Below, piece by piece: positions 58,989-64,000 of a DNA stretch of 64,000 nt. How positions within the stretch are numbered: the stretch's first letter is position 1; every line of letters begins with the position of its first letter. Under the pieces are notes generated by a model that did not search any database, was not told the DNA's origin, and saw nothing but the letters and a program-made list of their open reading frames with translations. The position numbers and the translations under genes are program-made. Source of the DNA: Patescibacteria group bacterium (GTDB taxonomy: Bacteria > Patescibacteriota > Patescibacteriia > UM-FILTER-42-10); NCBI GenBank assembly GCA_041664365.1, contig JBAYKW010000001.1, forward strand, positions 7,168 to 71,167. The letters are read 5' to 3'.

Positions 58989-60275
58989 TTATTTTTTTAA
59001 ACTGCCTTCCAGACTCCAGGGATTAACTTTCGTTACTTTAACTTCTGTAAACTTTCCGATCAGATCTTTTGTGCCGTTTTTTATCTGGATTGGTTTGTTG
59101 GTGTCCGTTTTTCCGAACAACAAACCTTTTCTAATATTCTCCGGCAAAACCATTACAGTTTTATTCAGTAATTTCTGATTATTCAAAAGTGCATATTTTT
59201 TTACATACTCGTTCAGCTTCACTTCCCGTCGCTTTTTAACATTTTGCGGAATATTATCTTTAAAAAGTTTTGTCGCCTGCGTACCCGGTCGTTTGGAATA
59301 CTGCGCCAGATAGGCCATATCAAATTTTACTTTTTCATATAGATCCAGTGTGTCTTGGAAATTTTCTTCTGTTTCATCGCAGAACCCGACGATGATATCC
59401 GTAGTGATTGCAACGTCGGGCATTTTAGTTCTGATCCTTTTGATAAGATCCAGGTATTCTTCGCGGGTATATTTCCGGAGCATTTTTTTCAGCATGTTGT
59501 TACTGCCGGCCTGAACGGGGATGTGCATGTGCGGACAGATTTTTTTGTCGCGAGCTATTACATCGATCAGTTCATCGGAAAAATCAGTTGGGTAAGGGGA
59601 TATGAAGCGGATCCAGAAATCGCCTTTAATCTGCCCAAGTTCTGTAAGCAGATCAGCAAATGACTTTACTGTTCCTTTTTCCGGGTTGATATACGAATTG
59701 ACGGTCTGTCCGAGCAGGGTTACTTCTTTGTAACCGCTGTTAACTAAATCACGCACCTCGGTAATGATTTGGCTTGCGGGACGTGAAACTTCCCGGCCTC
59801 TGGTATAGGGGACGGCACAGTAACGGCAGAATTTGTTACATCCGTTCTGGATGGTGACAAAAGCCTGGAAATGGGATTTGTGTTTGGTCGGCAGTTTGAA
59901 ATAGTCGCTTGCCGGATTTATATCCTCAATATCCTGCATGCGTTTTTTGAGAACCTGCGGGAGTGTGTGCATTTGCGACATGTCCAGAAGAATATCAAAC
60001 TGCTTGCCGAGTCCTTTTTTATCCTTCGGTAAGACACATCCAGTTAGGAGGGTAGTGAGCGGTTTTTCTTTCCGCAGTTTATTCCAAGTTTTTAATTTAC
60101 CGTCAATCCTGTTTATTGCTGATTGTCTTACAGAGCACGCCAAAACATTAATCAAATCTGCTTCTGATTCATTGTCCGTCGGCGTAAATCCCATCTGCTC
60201 AAGCAGAGCGTCCATTTTCTCCGCGTCCAGCTTGTTCATCTGGCAGCCCAGGATGTGGTTGTAATATTTCGGCAT
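58989..60275 (-). CDS. miaB: MiaB-like radical-SAM tRNA methylthiotransferase
   Basis: MTTase N-terminal domain, radical SAM CNKFCRYC, C-terminal TRAM domain. Confidence 0.8.
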   Translation of the reverse strand: MPKYYNHILGCQMNKLDAEKMDALLEQMGFTPTDNESEADLINVLACSVRQSAINRIDGKLKTWNKLRKEKPLTTLLTGCVLPKDKKGLGKQFDILLDMSQMHTLPQVLKKRMQDIEDINPASDYFKLPTKHKSHFQAFVTIQNGCNKFCRYCAVPYTRGREVSRPASQIITEVRDLVNSGYKEVTLLGQTVNSYINPEKGTVKSFADLLTELGQIKGDFWIRFISPYPTDFSDELIDVIARDKKICPHMHIPVQAGSNNMLKKMLRKYTREEYLDLIKRIRTKMPDVAITTDIIVGFCDETEENFQDTLDLYEKVKFDMAYLAQYSKRPGTQATKLFKDNIPQNVKKRREVKLNEYVKKYALLNNQKLLNKTVMVLPENIRKGLLFGKTDTNKPIQIKNGTKDLIGKFTEVKVTKVNPWSLEGSLKK

Positions 60276-60281
60276 GCAGGA

Positions 60282-62081
60282 CTATTTCCGTTCTTTAATT
60301 TCTTTTTGAATCTTTTCCACAAATTCTTCCTGGGTCATTTTCTTTGTATCTTTAGAACCCCTGGTCCGGACAGTCAGATCTTTATCCTTTACTTCCTTGT
60401 CGCCGATGACCAGCATGTAGGATACTTTCAGTTTTTCCGCTTTGCGGATTTTGTAGCCGACAGTTTCCCGGTTCAAATCAACTTCCGTGCGGATGCCCTG
60501 CGCTTTCAGCGATTTGGCTAGATCCCCTGCAAACTTGAAATGATCTTTGCCGACCGGAATTACATATACTTGAGTAGGGGACAGCCAAGTCGGGAAAGCT
60601 CCGCCGAAATGCTCAATCATAATTCCGACGAATCGTTCCATGGAACCGAACGGCGCGCGGTGGATCATCACCGGCCGGTGGTCTTTGTCATCCGCACCTT
60701 TATATTCCAGTTTGAATCTTTCCGGGAGATTGTAGTCCACCTGGATCGTTCCCAGTTGCCATTCTCTGTTGATCACATCTCTGACCACAAAATCAAGTTT
60801 CGGTCCGTAGAAAGCTGCTTCGCCCTCCTGTTTGATATATTTAACTTTCTTTGATTTAACCACTTCCTCGATTTCCTTTTCCGCCCGCTCCCACAGCTCA
60901 TCAGAGCCGACGTATTTGCTGGATTTCGGATCCCGAAGGCCGATGCGTGCTTCAAAGTCTTTAAACTTCAGGGTGGAAAAGACCGTTTTAATCAGTTCAA
61001 TCACATTGGAAAATTCTTCCTTAATTTGGTCCGTTCGGCAGAAAATATGAGCATCATCAATCGTAAATCCGCGCGCCCGGACCAGTCCGGTCAGCTCGCC
61101 GGATTGTTCGTAGCGGTAAACAGTACCGAATTCTGACAGGCGAATCGGTAAGTCACGATAACTGCGCATCTGAGACGAATAGATGTGAATGTGGTGGGGG
61201 CAGTTCATCGGTTTCAGCACAAACTCTTCGCCGTCGATATTCATCGGCGCATAGATATTTTCACGGTAATTCTGCCAGTGGCCGGATGTTTTATACAGAT
61301 CAATCTTGCCGATATGCGGGGTAATTACCTGGTCATAACCGTCCTTTTCCTGCAGTTCGGTCAGGAATTTCTCCAGTTCTCTGCGGATCGTCGTACCTTT
61401 CGGGGTCCAGAGTGGCAAGCCCGCTCCGACTTCGGCTGCGATATGGAAGAGTCCTAGTTCTTTGCCGATTTTCCGGTGGTCTCTTTCCTTGGCCAGTTCC
61501 AGATTGTGCTTGTACTCTGAAAGCTCTTTCTTACTGTTGAAAGCCAAGCCGTAAATTCTGGTCAGCTGTTTGTTCTTTTCGTCCCCGCGCCAATAAGCGC
61601 CGGCGATGCGGTCCAGGGAAAAGGCACAGTTTTGCAGTTGCTCCGTGGTTTCAACGTGTGGCCCACGACAAAGGTCGGTAAAATCACCGGTCTTGTAGAT
61701 CGTCACTTTGTCTTTCTTCTGCGGGTCCAGATCCTGCGCCTCATCTTTTGAAATTCTGGTAGTACCCTTTGTCTGCAGGTCATTTAAAAGTTCCACCTTA
61801 TAGTCCTGTTTCTGCTCCGAAAAAAATTCTACCGCTTTTTTAATCGGAAATTCTTCCAGGATAAAAGCCTGTTTCTGGTTAATCAGCCGGATCATTTCCT
61901 TTTCTATTTTTTTCAGATCATCCGGAACCAGCTGAGCAGGCAGGTCAATATCATAATAAAAACCGTTTTCAATAACCGGTCCCACTCCAAATTTGGCTCC
62001 CGGATAAAGATTGGCGACCGCCGCTGCCATAACATGGGCCAGAGAATGTCGTTTTAGTTCGATTGGTATTTCTTTCTTCAT
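60282..62081 (-). CDS. thrS: threonine--tRNA ligase (lacks N-terminal TGS domain)
   Basis: Editing-domain HSLAHVMAAA; class II core; anticodon-binding domain. 599 aa. Confidence 0.9.
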   Translation of the reverse strand: MKKEIPIELKRHSLAHVMAAAVANLYPGAKFGVGPVIENGFYYDIDLPAQLVPDDLKKIEKEMIRLINQKQAFILEEFPIKKAVEFFSEQKQDYKVELLNDLQTKGTTRISKDEAQDLDPQKKDKVTIYKTGDFTDLCRGPHVETTEQLQNCAFSLDRIAGAYWRGDEKNKQLTRIYGLAFNSKKELSEYKHNLELAKERDHRKIGKELGLFHIAAEVGAGLPLWTPKGTTIRRELEKFLTELQEKDGYDQVITPHIGKIDLYKTSGHWQNYRENIYAPMNIDGEEFVLKPMNCPHHIHIYSSQMRSYRDLPIRLSEFGTVYRYEQSGELTGLVRARGFTIDDAHIFCRTDQIKEEFSNVIELIKTVFSTLKFKDFEARIGLRDPKSSKYVGSDELWERAEKEIEEVVKSKKVKYIKQEGEAAFYGPKLDFVVRDVINREWQLGTIQVDYNLPERFKLEYKGADDKDHRPVMIHRAPFGSMERFVGIMIEHFGGAFPTWLSPTQVYVIPVGKDHFKFAGDLAKSLKAQGIRTEVDLNRETVGYKIRKAEKLKVSYMLVIGDKEVKDKDLTVRTRGSKDTKKMTQEEFVEKIQKEIKERK

Positions 62082-62086
62082 ATTTT

Positions 62087-62575
62087 TTAGGTTAATGGTG
62101 TAATAATTATTTTTTTTAAATTATATTTATCATCATATTCAATTTTTACGAATTGGAATGTATTTGGATTTGCAAACATTTTTGGTAACCAATTATTCAG
62201 ATCAGGAACAAGTTGATAATCAAGTAAATTATTCTTTGGTATCCACTCCAGTGTCCCTTCATCCACTTCTTGTATAGTTATATTTTTCTTGTAGATATTG
62301 CCATAAAAAATATATATTTGCCAAAATCCAAATTTATCTTTTACAGATAGATTTGCTCTGTAATGCAAATTTTCCATTGAGGTTACTCCTGCCTCTTCTT
62401 TTGCTTCTCTTTGGATTGCTTGTAGTGGAGTTTCACCATTATCAATCTTACCTCCCAAACCATTATATAAATTTGGCAAAATCTTTTTCTTTTTACTGCG
62501 TTTCAACATTAAAACTTCCTCAAATTCATTTTCGAGAAAAACGTCAGTTACGCAGAAATGTGATGATTCTTTCAT
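62087..62575 (-). CDS. NUDIX hydrolase
   Basis: Nudix box GGKIDNGETPLQAIQREAKEEAGV. Confidence 0.75.
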   Translation of the reverse strand: MKESSHFCVTDVFLENEFEEVLMLKRSKKKKILPNLYNGLGGKIDNGETPLQAIQREAKEEAGVTSMENLHYRANLSVKDKFGFWQIYIFYGNIYKKNITIQEVDEGTLEWIPKNNLLDYQLVPDLNNWLPKMFANPNTFQFVKIEYDDKYNLKKIIITPLT

Positions 62576-62822
62576 ATTAATTTGAAAATTAAAAAACCAA
62601 ACAACTAACAGTGTTTGGGGTCCCAGAGTCGTGGGACGGTTCCACCCATATTCCTAAGTGTAATAATACAAGGATTAGGCGCTTTTTTTGAATTGGCTGA
62701 TAAACTTAGCGGTTTTGGCCATACCCTTTTACTAGGGTAAGAAAGTTGGTAGCTTTCTCAATCGTTTAAAAGTAGTTTAAAGATATTCCAAAACAGACTG
62801 TTTGTCAAATTCAGCAGTTTAG

Positions 62823-63980
62823 TTATTTCGAGATTACGATTTCGATATGATCCTTTAATGAAGGGGAGCGGAACACCCAAAACGGAGAGAATTTCACGTC
62901 CACATTTTGAATTTCCGGGAAGTCCAGAAAATATGTCTTGATCTCCTGTTTATCACGGTTCAAAAGATTGTCACGGTCAAAAATCGGACTGGCTAATTTT
63001 ACTTTGGTTGTGCCGTCCAGTTTAACGCTTAAAACAGCCGTTTGGTTTTCCAGGTCAAATGATTTTATAGCATATTGCAGGAGGTTTATTTCCGTACCGG
63101 CCAGTTCTTTGTTGCTGGAGACTTTTTCTGACAATAAATTTTTCGCGTAATTGAACAATTCAGTTTCGTCAAAGACAGCAGCTATTACATTTATCTTGCT
63201 GGTTATTTCAAAAGAATTAACCTCGGCATCGGGTTTAACACTCGCTTCTTCATTCAGTATCTGATAGACAACTGCCTGTGGCAGGATTTTTTCTGCTGAA
63301 TTTTCTATTGCAATCTCTCGGGACAATTCTTCCGCCGCTTTTTCCTTTAATTCAACGGCAAACTCTTCTTTGGAATCGTTGATGTCTTTCAATGTGGCGA
63401 CAGTTACATCACGGAGTCCATTATTCATTGCTTCTGAACTCTCGGCGTAAATTTTATCCTGCAAACCTTTCCAGAGGGCGACAATTGTAAAACGGGAAGG
63501 TCCGATATTTCCCGTCTCGCCTGACTGGTCGGCTTCCACTTCGACTTCCACTTGTCCGCCGGCCGGGACGGTTACTGTTTCTTTGGTCCGGAACAGAACA
63601 TCGTCTTCAGAAAGCAGGCGTGTAGACGCGACCAAAGGTTGATTGCTAGTATATTTATTATAAATTGTAACCGTTCCTTCCGCCTTACCCTGAACTTTGC
63701 TCTGACTGGTTACATTGGTAAATGTTTTAGTTTCCTCGATCTGTTTTTCCACCAACCGACCCGGTAGAGAATTAGTCTGATTTTCAAGTTGATTTATTTC
63801 GGCAGTCAAAGGCAAATCAAAAGAAATACTGACCGCTTCGGGGCTTGGGGTGATTGTAATCACCGTTTTGGCCAGTGATACATATACAATGGCGACTACC
63901 GCAACCAAAGCCACACCAAGAAACAGTACAGCCATTTTTGAATAGCGCTTTCCAATTTTTGTTTTTTTGATTGTCGGCAT
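62823..63980 (-). CDS. membrane-anchored extracytoplasmic hypothetical protein
   Basis: N-terminal TM helix (MAVLFLGVALVAVVAIVYV) then a ~350-aa Thr/Ser/Glu-rich domain. Complete within the window. Confidence 0.5.
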   Translation of the reverse strand: MPTIKKTKIGKRYSKMAVLFLGVALVAVVAIVYVSLAKTVITITPSPEAVSISFDLPLTAEINQLENQTNSLPGRLVEKQIEETKTFTNVTSQSKVQGKAEGTVTIYNKYTSNQPLVASTRLLSEDDVLFRTKETVTVPAGGQVEVEVEADQSGETGNIGPSRFTIVALWKGLQDKIYAESSEAMNNGLRDVTVATLKDINDSKEEFAVELKEKAAEELSREIAIENSAEKILPQAVVYQILNEEASVKPDAEVNSFEITSKINVIAAVFDETELFNYAKNLLSEKVSSNKELAGTEINLLQYAIKSFDLENQTAVLSVKLDGTTKVKLASPIFDRDNLLNRDKQEIKTYFLDFPEIQNVDVKFSPFWVFRSPSLKDHIEIVISK

Positions 63981-64000
63981 TTAACTTAAAAAGAATGGTT

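Noticed and set aside
58397-59026. 209-aa ORF overlapping the DedA-like gene in another frame
   Set aside because: Arg/His/Pro-rich low-complexity translation typical of an out-of-frame read of GC-rich DNA; the 58446 frame has the RBS and TM helices.
62600-62700. tRNA or small RNA (gtccca-gagtcg-tgggac hairpin, GGTTCC…, cctaa…ttagg + T7)
   Set aside because: No cloverleaf can be drawn (no 7-bp acceptor or T-arm pairing). It probably holds the NUDIX gene promoter and a fortuitous plus-strand hairpin. Kept only as a low-priority candidate sRNA.

Overview
This 64 kb window looks like a compact, AT-rich bacterial chromosome segment; GC was judged by eye, not computed. Almost all native genes are on the + strand up to ~50 kb, then mostly on the - strand. 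It has the look of a streamlined uncultivated lineage (CPR/Patescibacteria-like, low-confidence inference).

Housekeeping content:
- A 5'-truncated UvrD-type helicase fused to a nuclease domain, a P-type ATPase, a pyruvate-kinase-like gene and a huge secreted M4 (thermolysin-like) protease with FG-GAP repeats.
- An ABC-2 exporter and a type IV pilus/secretion cluster (pilB, pilC, three prepilin-like genes, a TadG-like vWA protein).
- pheS, a four-helix-bundle gene, pheT, gyrB, then secE-nusG-rplK-rplA with two extra genes inserted.
- A thymidylate block (dCMP deaminase, P-loop kinase, dut, thyA, folA, tmk), gatB, and a complete pyrBI-pyrD-pyrK-pyrC-pyrE-(CYTH)-pyrF run plus an OTC-like carbamoyltransferase.
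- On the - strand: NUDIX, thrS, miaB-like and miaA.

Features beyond housekeeping:
- At least seven short islands whose coding DNA is strikingly GC-rich compared with the surroundings (about 6.4-8.9, 12.4-13.8, 16.3-17.6, 23.1-23.8, 37.5-40.6, 51.0-51.5 and 58.4-59.0 kb).
  - Each is wrapped in host-like regulatory DNA: a TTGACA -35, a TATGAT-type -10, and hairpin terminators ending in ATTTTTTATT.
  - Several share paralogous hairpin modules (for example 'ccccgttagagaa', and 'cccc(t)acac…gtgtgggg').
  - One island encodes a T9SS C-terminal-sorting-domain protein plus a tail-fibre-like repeat protein; both are hallmarks of Bacteroidota-type lineages and have no partner machinery in this window.
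- A 50.2-57.5 kb accessory region comprising:
  - a ~90 bp direct duplication of the argF-like 3' end and terminator;
  - an intact group II intron-type reverse transcriptase/maturase with a 158 bp tandem repeat beside it;
  - an inverted remnant of a second intron copy next to miaA;
  - a five-gene defence-like operon: MazG-like pyrophosphohydrolase, a PUA/EVE-like protein fused to a PD-(D/E)xK nuclease, a PIN-like protein, a Cys-rich secreted protein and a small membrane protein.

No rRNA, tRNA or CRISPR array was found.
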